64,000 nt of DNA from Vicinamibacterales bacterium (lineage in GTDB: Bacteria; Acidobacteriota; Vicinamibacteria; Vicinamibacterales; CAVVIG01): positions 65,458 to 129,457 of the forward strand of contig DATLRO010000082.1 in assembly GCA_035534615.1 (NCBI GenBank). Reading direction: 5' to 3'. Position numbers and translations under genes: made by a program. The notes beneath the pieces are model-generated. The model worked only from the letters and a program-made list of their open reading frames with translations. It was not told where the DNA came from and searched no databases. Position 1 is the first letter of the stretch, and each line of letters begins with the position of its first letter. Shown here one piece after another: positions 54,927-64,000 of the stretch.

Positions 54927-57005
54927 TTACCAGACGCGGCAGGCGGGATGCCGGACCATCGGGTCGGTGCTCTTGCAGCCGAACGCCTTCTGGAACTCCG
55001 GCATGTTGCCCAGGACGCCGTTGACGCGGAAGCGGCCGGGCGAATGCGGATCGACCCGGGCCGAGAGGCGCGCTGCGGCGGGGCGATCGTTCTCGCACCA
55101 GAGCTGACCGTATTCGATGAAGAACTGCTGCTCGGGGGTGAAGCCGTCGACGTCGGCGGTCTTCTTCCCGTCGAGGACCGACTGGAGCGCCATCAGGGCG
55201 ATCCGGACGCCGCCGTTGTCGGCCGTGTTCTCGCCGAGCGTGAGGCGGCCATTGAGATGGACGCCCGGGAGGGGGCTGAAGCTCGAGTACTCCTTCACGA
55301 GACAGTCGGTGCGCGCCGTGAACTGCTTCGCGTCCTGTGGCGTCCACCAGTCGGCGAGGTTGCCGTGGGCGTCGAACTGCCGCCCTTCATCGTCGAAGCC
55401 GTGGGTCAGCTCGTGGCCGATGACCGCGCCGATCCCGCCGAAGTTGACCGCGTCGGGCGCCGTCCTGTCGAAGAAGGGCGGCTGCAGGATGCCGGCGGGG
55501 AAATTGATGTTGTTCATCTGCGGGTCGTAGTATGCGTTGACCGTGGGCGGCGTCATGTACCATTCGCCGCGGTCGACCGGCTTGCCGATCTTCGCCATGT
55601 CGCGCTTGAACTCGAACTGGTTGGCGCGGAGCGAATTGCCCAGGGCGTCGTTGCGCGCGATCGTCAGCGTGCTGTAGTCGCGCCAGTGGTCCGGGTACCC
55701 GATCTTGTTCGTGATGGCGTGCAGCTTCACCATCGCCGCCCGCTTGGTCGCCTCCGTCATCCACGGCAGCTGCTGGATGTCGCGGCCGAGCGCCGCTTCC
55801 AGCGCCTCGACCATCTTCAGCGTCCGCGCCTTGCCGTCCGGCCCGAACGTCTCGGCCACGAACTTCTTGCCGAGCGCCTCGCCCAGGTCGCCGTCGGTGT
55901 ACCGGACGCACCGCTTCCAGCGCGGCTGCTTCTCCTTCGCCCCCGACAGGATCTTGCCGTAGAAGTCGAAGTTCGCGTCGACGAACGGCGTGGAGAGCAG
56001 CGCGGCGTTCGCGTGCACGAGCTGCCAGCGCAGGTACGCCTTCCACGCGCCCAGCGGCGTCGACGCCAGCAGCGCGTTCATGCCGGTGACGAAGCCCGGC
56101 ACCGCCACGTTGAGCGATTCGAGCGGCGGCGCGCCGGCGGCGGTGAAGTACTCGCGCCAGTTGAACGCCGGCGTCATCCCGACCAGCTGCCGGACCGTCA
56201 TGCGATGGTAGATCTTCGCCGGATCGCGGCGGTCGACGTTGTCCAGCGAGGCCTTCGCCAGCGCCGTCTCGATCCGCATGACGGCCTTCGCGTCGGCCGC
56301 CGCGTGCGCCGCCGACTCCCCCATCAGGCCGAACATCTGCTGGACGTGCGCCACGTACTCCTTGCGCAGCTCGACCGACCGGGGATCGGCCTTCAGGTAG
56401 TAGCTGCGGTCCGGCAGCCCGAGGCCGCTCTGGTCCACAGCGCCAATGACCTCGGTCGCGTGCTCGAAGTCCTGCTCGGAACCGAAGCTAAACAGCGGCG
56501 TCGCGCCGATGCGCTGGAGGTGCGCCACCTCGGCCGGCAGCGCCGCCTTGCTCTTCAGCGCCGCAATCCGATCGAGCTCCCCCTGCAGCGGCTTGATCCC
56601 GCGCGCGTCGATCGCCGTCCGATCCATGCACGCGGCGTAGTAGTCCCCGATCTTCTGCGTGTCCGGGTCCCGGCCGGGCGCCGGCCGGGCCGCCTGCTCG
56701 AGGATCCGGTGCAGGACGTCACGGTTGTGCTCCGCCAGTTCGCTGAACCGGCCCCAGCGCGCCTGATCGGGCGGAATCGGATTGTCCTTCATCCAGCCGC
56801 CGCAGGCGTACGTGTAGAAGTCCGTACACGGACTGACCGATCGATCCATCGCCGAAATGTCGAAGGCTTTCAGCGCGCCCGCCTGCGCGGCGCGCACGTT
56901 CACGGTCCCGCGCGCCACCACGAGGGCGACGGCCAGCGGCAGGGCCACCAGCATCGCGGCTTTCCCCAGCCGGACATACTGTCGCTGCGTCAACACGCTC
57001 CACAT
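54927..57005 (-). CDS. M13 family zinc metallopeptidase (neprilysin/PepO-like) with an N-terminal anchor
   Basis: Trimmed to Met121 (MWSVLTQRQYVRLGKAAMLVALPLAVALVV). It has HExxH in VIGHELTHGFD, plus ENTADNGG and a C-terminal CRVW. The upstream 120 codons are Arg-rich. Confidence 0.9.
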   Translation of the reverse strand: MWSVLTQRQYVRLGKAAMLVALPLAVALVVARGTVNVRAAQAGALKAFDISAMDRSVSPCTDFYTYACGGWMKDNPIPPDQARWGRFSELAEHNRDVLHRILEQAARPAPGRDPDTQKIGDYYAACMDRTAIDARGIKPLQGELDRIAALKSKAALPAEVAHLQRIGATPLFSFGSEQDFEHATEVIGAVDQSGLGLPDRSYYLKADPRSVELRKEYVAHVQQMFGLMGESAAHAAADAKAVMRIETALAKASLDNVDRRDPAKIYHRMTVRQLVGMTPAFNWREYFTAAGAPPLESLNVAVPGFVTGMNALLASTPLGAWKAYLRWQLVHANAALLSTPFVDANFDFYGKILSGAKEKQPRWKRCVRYTDGDLGEALGKKFVAETFGPDGKARTLKMVEALEAALGRDIQQLPWMTEATKRAAMVKLHAITNKIGYPDHWRDYSTLTIARNDALGNSLRANQFEFKRDMAKIGKPVDRGEWYMTPPTVNAYYDPQMNNINFPAGILQPPFFDRTAPDAVNFGGIGAVIGHELTHGFDDEGRQFDAHGNLADWWTPQDAKQFTARTDCLVKEYSSFSPLPGVHLNGRLTLGENTADNGGVRIALMALQSVLDGKKTADVDGFTPEQQFFIEYGQLWCENDRPAAARLSARVDPHSPGRFRVNGVLGNMPEFQKAFGCKSTDPMVRHPACRVW

Positions 57006-57488
57006 CCTTTGGCTGTGCCTGTCGTTGGCTGTCCCCGTGCCGGGCCCGGATTCCCACATCCCGCGCCCCGAACGACCGCGTCCCGCCGCGGCCGCCCCTG
57101 GCCGCCAGGCCGATGAGCTCACCCGATGTCGATACCCTACACCCCGCGGCCCCGCTTCGCCAAGATGGCCCCGGTCCCGGGCGGTCCGTGATCGGCGTCG
57201 ACGGAAGAGACGGATCTCCGGCCGCAGGAGTTCGCCGTCGCACACCGCGTCAGCCATACCCATCCTGGCGACAGTCGGTGGCCAGGTTTTGTGACACCGG
57301 TCGTCCCGTCCGGCGGTGCACAGCCGCGCCGGCCCGCGCGCGAATCCGCGGCCATCGGCGCGCACGCGATGACGCGCCGCTCATCGGCGGCGTCCGGCAT
57401 GGGAGATGCACTTCCAATCGGCGTGCGACATGCGGCCGGCTGGACCATCACGGCCGGCCGCCGCTCCCGTCGAAGGAGGTTATCTGTC

Positions 57489-57863
57489 ATGAGTACGGTC
57501 AAACGGATGGCGACCGTTCTGTCGGTCGCCGCGCTGGCCCTGGTGCTGTTCGGCTCGCGCGCGCAGGCCGACACGTGGAACGATCTCAGCTACGTCACCT
57601 TCAGCGGCCCGGTGACCCTGCCGGGCGTCGCGCTGCCGGCCGGCACCTACATGTTCACCAAGGTGCCCGACACCCCGCTCGTCCAGGTCTTCAGCAAGAC
57701 CGGCAACCAGATCTACGCGACGCTGTTCACCATTCCGGACATCCACAACACGCCGGCGTCGCACACGATCGTCGCGCTCCGCGAAACGCCGGTCGGCCAG
57801 CCGCCGGCCGTGAGGGTCTGGTTCTATCCCGGTCACGACACCGGCAGCGAGTTCCTCTATTGA
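57489..57863 (+). CDS. Small secreted protein of unknown function
   Basis: Trimmed to Met67, with GAAGGAGG 9-10 nt upstream. It is 124 aa with a signal peptide (MSTVKRMATVLSVAALALVLFGSRAQA) and ends VWFYPGHDTGSEFLY. Confidence 0.65.
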   Translation: MSTVKRMATVLSVAALALVLFGSRAQADTWNDLSYVTFSGPVTLPGVALPAGTYMFTKVPDTPLVQVFSKTGNQIYATLFTIPDIHNTPASHTIVALRETPVGQPPAVRVWFYPGHDTGSEFLY

Positions 57864-58230
57864 GACGCACGACAGGCGCGCGTCGAGCCGGCGTGCCTCG
57901 CCACCGGATCGACGCGCGTCCGGCGCCGCGGCGACGTGCCGTTCGCCGCGGCTGACGTCGCTTCCAATACAGTCATGCCTGCACGTCTTCGCGACACCGG
58001 CTGCTCGACTTCGCAACAGCCGGAGAGGCGCACGGCCGGGTCCGCGACGGCCTGCGCGCGGGCACGCGACGACATTTCGACCGCCGGCCGTCGATCACGC
58101 ACGGTCACGGGCCGATGGCATGCCTGATGCAGCGGATCGTCTCCGGGAGATCGGGGAGACACCGGCCGGGCAGCCCGAGGCCATCAAGGCCTGGTTCCAT
58201 GCGCGACGCCGCGGGAGCGGGGAAACGGCG

Positions 58231-59295
58231 ATGAGGATCATGCAGGGCCTCCGGCGGCCCCGCCGGAGGCCGCCCATCGTCGCGGCGCTGGCCCTGCTCG
58301 TGGCCGGTCAGCTGGCGGCAGCCGGCCCCGTCATGGCGGCCGGCGCGGTTCTCCCGCCGCCGCAGATCCCGGCCGGCACGCCGGTGCTGTCGGCCAGCAC
58401 CGATCTCGTCGTGCTGCCGGTCACCGTGCTCAACCGGCACGGCGCGGCGGTGGCCAACCTGACGAGACGCGATTTCGCGGTCTACGACAATGGCGTCCGG
58501 CAGTCCATCCGGTTCTTCCGCGAAGCCGACGCTCCGGTCACCGTCGGTCTGGTCATCGACAACAGCGGCAGCATGCAGGCCAAGCTGCCCGAGGTGCTCG
58601 TCGGCGCGACCGAGTTCGCGGAGTCGAGCAACCCGCTCGATCAGATCTTCGTCGTCAACTTCGACGAGCACGTGACGACCGGGCTGCCGCCCGGCGTGCC
58701 GTTCACGAGCAGCGTTGCACAGCTCGAGCAGGCCCTGTCGACCGTGGCGGCCCACGGCATGACGGCCCTGTACGACGCGGTCAGCTTCGCGCTCACGCAT
58801 CTCCGTGCCGGCAGCCACCGTCGCAGGGCGCTCGTCGTGATCAGCGACGGCGGCGATGACGCCAGCCATCTCACGCTGAAACAGGTCCTCGCCCAGGCCG
58901 AGCGGTCGAACGCGGTCATCTACACCGTCGGCCTGTTCAGCCGGTCGGACGAAGACCGCGATCCGGGCGTCCTCGAGCGGCTGGCGAAGATGACCGGCGG
59001 CGCCGCGTTCATGCCGCGAAAGACCACGGACACCGCCAGGGTCTGCCTGCGCATCGCCCGCATGATCCGGAGCGGCTACACGATCGGCTACGTGCCGGCC
59101 GGCGCGAGCGCACACGCGGGCGGCCGGCACCGGATCCGGGTGACCGTCACGGTCCCCGGACATCGGGACGACCGGGCCATCACCCGCCCGGGCTACACGG
59201 TGGCGGCGGGGCCGGCGTCGCCTCCCCCGCCCCGGTCGGCACGGAGCCGCGACGATCCGGCACACGAGGCGCCGGCGATCCGACGAGACCGATGA
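58231..59295 (+). CDS. VWA domain protein, acidobacterial VWFA-related type, exported
   Basis: Trimmed to Met38 (MRIMQGLRRPRRRPPIVAALALLVAG). STDLVVLPVTVLNRHGAAVANLTRRDFAVYDNGVRQSIRFF followed by the MIDAS-like LVIDNSGSM resembles, from memory, the TIGR03436 architecture. Confidence 0.8.
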   Translation: MRIMQGLRRPRRRPPIVAALALLVAGQLAAAGPVMAAGAVLPPPQIPAGTPVLSASTDLVVLPVTVLNRHGAAVANLTRRDFAVYDNGVRQSIRFFREADAPVTVGLVIDNSGSMQAKLPEVLVGATEFAESSNPLDQIFVVNFDEHVTTGLPPGVPFTSSVAQLEQALSTVAAHGMTALYDAVSFALTHLRAGSHRRRALVVISDGGDDASHLTLKQVLAQAERSNAVIYTVGLFSRSDEDRDPGVLERLAKMTGGAAFMPRKTTDTARVCLRIARMIRSGYTIGYVPAGASAHAGGRHRIRVTVTVPGHRDDRAITRPGYTVAAGPASPPPPRSARSRDDPAHEAPAIRRDR

Positions 59296-59436
59296 TCGAC
59301 GCGGGGATGCCGGCTCGTCGTCCGTCGCTGACGCGCCTGCCTGCCATCCGTGCGTCGACTTCGGTCACGCGCCGAAGCGCTGCATGGTCCGCGCGGTCGC
59401 GGCCGGCGGGTGAGCCCGCGACGACGGTCCTTCAGC

Positions 59437-59465
59437 TTGGCTTTCCCGCGGCGGAGGAGTATCTT
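59437..59465 (+). promoter_or_regulatory. Sigma70-type promoter candidate upstream of lepB
   Basis: TTGGCT (59437-59442), a 17-nt spacer, then TATCTT (59460-59465), in a locally AT-richer patch. It predicts a ~150-nt leader before the lepB start. Confidence 0.35.
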
Positions 59466-59624
59466 AATTTGTGAGCGTTCAGCCTGGGTTCTCCACGCTG
59501 AAGGGTGGCGCGTGCGGTTCTGGGCACGCCTCGCCGGGCACACGATTCCAACTGGGCGACGGGCCTGGCCCGTGGTGACGCACGGCGGCCTCCACTTCAA
59601 ACCTGACAACGGCACGCTGCAACG

Positions 59625-60362
59625 GTGATGCTCGACAGCGATTCCCCCACGGACCTCACGCCCCAGGAACAGACCGCGCCGGCTGAACCGGCGGTGAGCC
59701 CGACCGGCGCGGACGAGGCGTCCCTCCCGGGCGACACGCCGCCGTTCCTCCTGGAATCACGGCCGGCCGCGGCCGACGCGGCCGTGGCGGTTTCGGTGGC
59801 GCCGGTCACGGTCCGCCGCGAGCCGTCCGTCCGTTACTGGTCGTGGCGACGGGTCGGCGCCGAAGTGCTCTCGTGGGTGAAGACGCTGGTCTCGGCGGCG
59901 GTGTACGCCACGTTCATCGTGACGTTCGGATTCCAGGTGGCGCGCGTGGACGGCATGAGCATGGCGCCGACCCTGGAGAACCACGATCGCCTGATCGTCG
60001 ACAAGATGATCTACCTCTACGAGGACCCGAAGCCGGGCGACATCGTGATGCTCTACTATCCGCTCAACCCGAAGAAGATGTTCGTCAAGCGGGTGATCGC
60101 GACCGAGGGGCAGACGATCCGGATCATCGACGGCCACGTCTACGTCAACAACGTGCTGATCAACGACAGCTACGTGCTGCCGAAATACCGCAGCCATGAC
60201 GACTTCGGCCCCGAGCTGATTCCCAAGGGCTATGATTTCGTCATGGGCGATCATCGGGACAACAGTTCGGACAGCCGGGACTGGGGCTTCGTGCCGAAGA
60301 AGTACATCCTCGGCAAGGTCGAACTGCGCTGGTGGCCCCTTGACCATGCCCGCATCTTCTAG
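59625..60362 (+). CDS. lepB: Signal peptidase I
   Basis: The catalytic Ser box (DGMSMAPTL), Lys box (KRVIATEG) and GDHRDNSSDSRDWG are present. About 85 Pro/Ala-rich codons precede the TM helix, so the true start may be further downstream. Confidence 0.85.
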   Translation: MMLDSDSPTDLTPQEQTAPAEPAVSPTGADEASLPGDTPPFLLESRPAAADAAVAVSVAPVTVRREPSVRYWSWRRVGAEVLSWVKTLVSAAVYATFIVTFGFQVARVDGMSMAPTLENHDRLIVDKMIYLYEDPKPGDIVMLYYPLNPKKMFVKRVIATEGQTIRIIDGHVYVNNVLINDSYVLPKYRSHDDFGPELIPKGYDFVMGDHRDNSSDSRDWGFVPKKYILGKVELRWWPLDHARIF

Positions 60363-60494
60363 GCGGGCCTTTCTCTCCACACGTCATCGCCTCATCGTCG
60401 CACCGGGCACCGGCCGGAAGCCGTCCCGGGTGGCGGCGTGCGGCCGGAACAGGACTCATCCAGCCCGGCGGCCGGCCGATATAGACTGAAGCGG

Positions 60495-61148
60495 ATGGCT
60501 GACCGCGTGACGGTGCTGATCGGGGCGGCCGAACTGCTGCCGGCGCTGCGCGCCCGGCTCGCCGGCAACGGCGACGTCGTGGCGTTCACCGATCTCGAAT
60601 CGCTGGCCGCGTTCGAGGCGATCGTCACCCGGCGGCCGTCGCTGGTGGCGCTCGATCACCTCTTCGCGTCGACCACGCGCGGCGCCGCCCTCACCGAGCG
60701 GATCAGCCGGGATCCGTCGCTGGCCGGCGTTGAAGTGCGGGTGATCGCGCACGACCGCGAGGTCGCGCGCGTGGCGGCCGGCGGCGTGCTCCCGGCCGGG
60801 CCGTCCCCCGCGGCGCCGGCCGCACTCGATCAGCGGGGCACGCGGCGGGCGCCGCGCGTCGCCATCGCGTCCGGCCTAGAGGCGCTGGTCGACGGCAACC
60901 CGGTCTCCCTCGTGGATCTGTCGACGATTGGCGCGCAGGTGCTGTCGCCGGGCGTGCTGCGGCCGAATCAGCGCGTGCGCCTGGTGCTGCCCGATGCCGA
61001 CGGCGGGCTGCGGATGTCGGCGACGATTGCGTGGGCGGCGTTCGAGATGCCGCCGCGGCTGGCGCCGCGCTACCGCGCCGGGCTCCAGTTCAACGACGCC
61101 GCGCCGGACGGCGTCAAGGCGTTCTGCACGCGGCACGGGCGGCACTGA
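60495..61148 (+). CDS. PilZ domain protein with an N-terminal receiver-like (pseudo-receiver) domain
   Basis: Trimmed to Met20 (MADRVTVLIG...). It has the PilZ motifs RRAPR (RxxxR) and DLSTIGAQV (DxSxxG). The N-terminal alpha/beta region lacks the acidic DD pair of true receivers. Confidence 0.7.
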   Translation: MADRVTVLIGAAELLPALRARLAGNGDVVAFTDLESLAAFEAIVTRRPSLVALDHLFASTTRGAALTERISRDPSLAGVEVRVIAHDREVARVAAGGVLPAGPSPAAPAALDQRGTRRAPRVAIASGLEALVDGNPVSLVDLSTIGAQVLSPGVLRPNQRVRLVLPDADGGLRMSATIAWAAFEMPPRLAPRYRAGLQFNDAAPDGVKAFCTRHGRH

Positions 61149-61155
61149 GGGCCGG

Positions 61156-62538
<1,383 letters not shown>

Positions 62539-62606
62539 CTACCTTCATTCGCGCAGGCCGACCCGTTGAATTTCTCACCGTCTCCGTCCCCGTGCGCGTG
62601 GGTCCC

Positions 62607-64000
62607 ATGATTCTTCTCGACGGTTCCTCGCTCACGATCGATCAGCTGCTCGCCGTCGCCGACGACGGCGAGGCGGCCGCGCTGGCGCCGGCGGCGGCGG
62701 ACCGGGTGCGCGCGAGCCGCGCGGTCGTCGATCGGAAAGCCGGGGGCGACGCGCCGGTCTACGGCGTCAACACGGGCTTCGGGTCGTTCGCCGAGGTGCG
62801 CGTGCCGGCCGACGCGCTCGCGCAGCTGCAGCTGAACCTGGTCCGCAGCCACGCGGCCGGCGTCGGCGAGCCGCTGCCGGTCCGCGACGTCCGCGCCGCC
62901 ATGCTGCTGCGGGCGAACGTGCTGGCGAAGGGCTATTCGGGCATCCGCCTCGAGACGCTCGAGGCGCTGCTCGCCCTGCTCAACCATCGCGTGCATCCCC
63001 GCGTGCCGAGCCGCGGCTCGGTCGGCGCCAGCGGCGATCTCGCCCCGCTCGCGCACCTGGCGCTCGTGCTCATCGGGGAGGGGGAGGTCTGGGACGGCCG
63101 GACCGTCCGGCCGGGGGCCGAGGCGCTGCGGGCGGCCGGCCTCGCGCCGGCGCCGCTGGCGGCCAAGGAAGGCCTGGCGCTCATCAACGGCACGCAGCCG
63201 TCGGCCGCCGTCCTCGCGCTGGCGCTCGCCGGCGCGGAACGGCTCGCCCGCGCGGCCGACATCGCGGCCGCGCTGTCGATCGACGCGCTGCGGGGCTCCG
63301 TGCACCCGTTCGACGCGCGGATCCACGCGGCCCGGCCGTACGCCGGGCAGGCGGCGTCGGCGGCCAACATCCGGATGCTGCTGGCCGGCAGCGGCATCAA
63401 CAAGTCGCACGAGCACTGCAGCCGCGTGCAGGACGCCTATTCGCTGCGCTGTGCCGCCCAGATTCACGGGGCCGCCCGCGAGGCGCTCGCCTTCGTGCGC
63501 CGCACGGTCGAGATCGAGGCGAACGCGGCGACCGACAATCCGATGGTCTTCGCCGACGAGGACGAGATCGTGTCGGGCGGGAACTTTCACGGCGCGCCGG
63601 TGGCGCTGGCCGCCGACCTGCTGACCCTGGCGCTGGCCCAGCTGGCGACCGTCAGCGAGCGCCGGGCGGAGCGGCTGGTCAATCCGGCCCTCAGCGACCT
63701 GCCGGCGTTCCTGACGCGGAACGGCGGGCTGCAGTCGGGCTTCATGCTGGCCCAGGTGACGGCGGCGGCGCTCACGTCGGAGATCAAGGTGCTCGCGCAT
63801 CCGTCGAGCGCGGATACGATCCCGACCTCGGCCAACAAGGAAGACCACGTCAGCATGAGCATGGCCGCCGCGCTCAAGGCCGCGCGCGTCCTCGACTTCG
63901 CGCGGCACGTCGTCGCCATCGAGCTGCTGTGCGCGTGTCAGGGGATCGATCTGCTCGCGCCGCTGGTGACGGCGCCGCCCCTCGCGCGGGTGCACGCGCG
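62607..64000 (+). CDS. hutH: Histidine ammonia-lyase; partial (3' end lies beyond the right edge)
   Basis: Not in the track, as there is no stop in the window. Hand translation from ATG 62607 gives [18 protein letters not shown]...[12 protein letters not shown]...[19 protein letters not shown] (the MIO-forming ASG)...NGTQ...DNPMVF.... The 62457..63995 minus ORF is its antisense shadow. Confidence 0.9.
   Translation, partial: MILLDGSSLTIDQLLAVADDGEAAALAPAAADRVRASRAVVDRKAGGDAPVYGVNTGFGSFAEVRVPADALAQLQLNLVRSHAAGVGEPLPVRDVRAAMLLRANVLAKGYSGIRLETLEALLALLNHRVHPRVPSRGSVGASGDLAPLAHLALVLIGEGEVWDGRTVRPGAEALRAAGLAPAPLAAKEGLALINGTQPSAAVLALALAGAERLARAADIAAALSIDALRGSVHPFDARIHAARPYAGQAASAANIRMLLAGSGINKSHEHCSRVQDAYSLRCAAQIHGAAREALAFVRRTVEIEANAATDNPMVFADEDEIVSGGNFHGAPVALAADLLTLALAQLATVSERRAERLVNPALSDLPAFLTRNGGLQSGFMLAQVTAAALTSEIKVLAHPSSADTIPTSANKEDHVSMSMAAALKAARVLDFARHVVAIELLCACQGIDLLAPLVTAPPLARVHA

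Overview
Very GC-rich (by eye roughly two-thirds to 70% G+C), densely coding chromosomal segment, mostly on the minus strand. I call about 50 protein genes. I found no rRNA, tRNA, CRISPR array, transposase or phage gene. The gene content suggests an Acidobacteriota-like soil bacterium (inference): a CarboxypepD_reg-type TonB-dependent receptor, two sortilin-like BNR proteins, an acidobacterial-type VWA protein, and many exported peptidases (M28, S8, S9, M13, M20, PepT). Landmarks are a complete urease operon ureABCEFGD (17322-22499, minus), a TonB-dependent receptor just upstream of it, and a three-gene His-Asp-His-Asp phosphorelay just downstream (12595-17116). Other recognisable genes are a second PAS hybrid kinase, mscL, dut, pepT, lepB, purA and hutH (partial at the right edge). 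Many long ORFs in the track are antisense shadows typical of high-GC DNA, and about a dozen track ORFs had to be trimmed to internal starts with RBS support. Two genes that run off the window edges (1-2954 minus, 62607-64000 plus) are missing from the track and were translated by hand. Most interesting observations: (1) A repeated, apparently structured intergenic element lies in two long ORF-free gaps (3108-3272 and 25681-25867); it carries ACAGGAUU motifs, and in the second copy these sit as GGA-loop hairpins reminiscent of CsrA/RsmA binding sites. (2) A self-contained ~200-nt plus-strand transcription unit (10558-10795) has a near-consensus promoter and the only canonical U-tract terminator in the window, and contains a 21-codon Cys-rich micro-ORF. 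(3) An S8 protease ends in 13 NIVWG hexapeptide repeats encoded by an 18-bp tandem DNA array. (4) An Lnt-like membrane CN-hydrolase has its catalytic Lys and Cys replaced. (5) There are two gene remnants: a LeuD-like C-terminus, and the tail of a small secreted protein. All functional readings are hypotheses; no database search or folding computation could be run.
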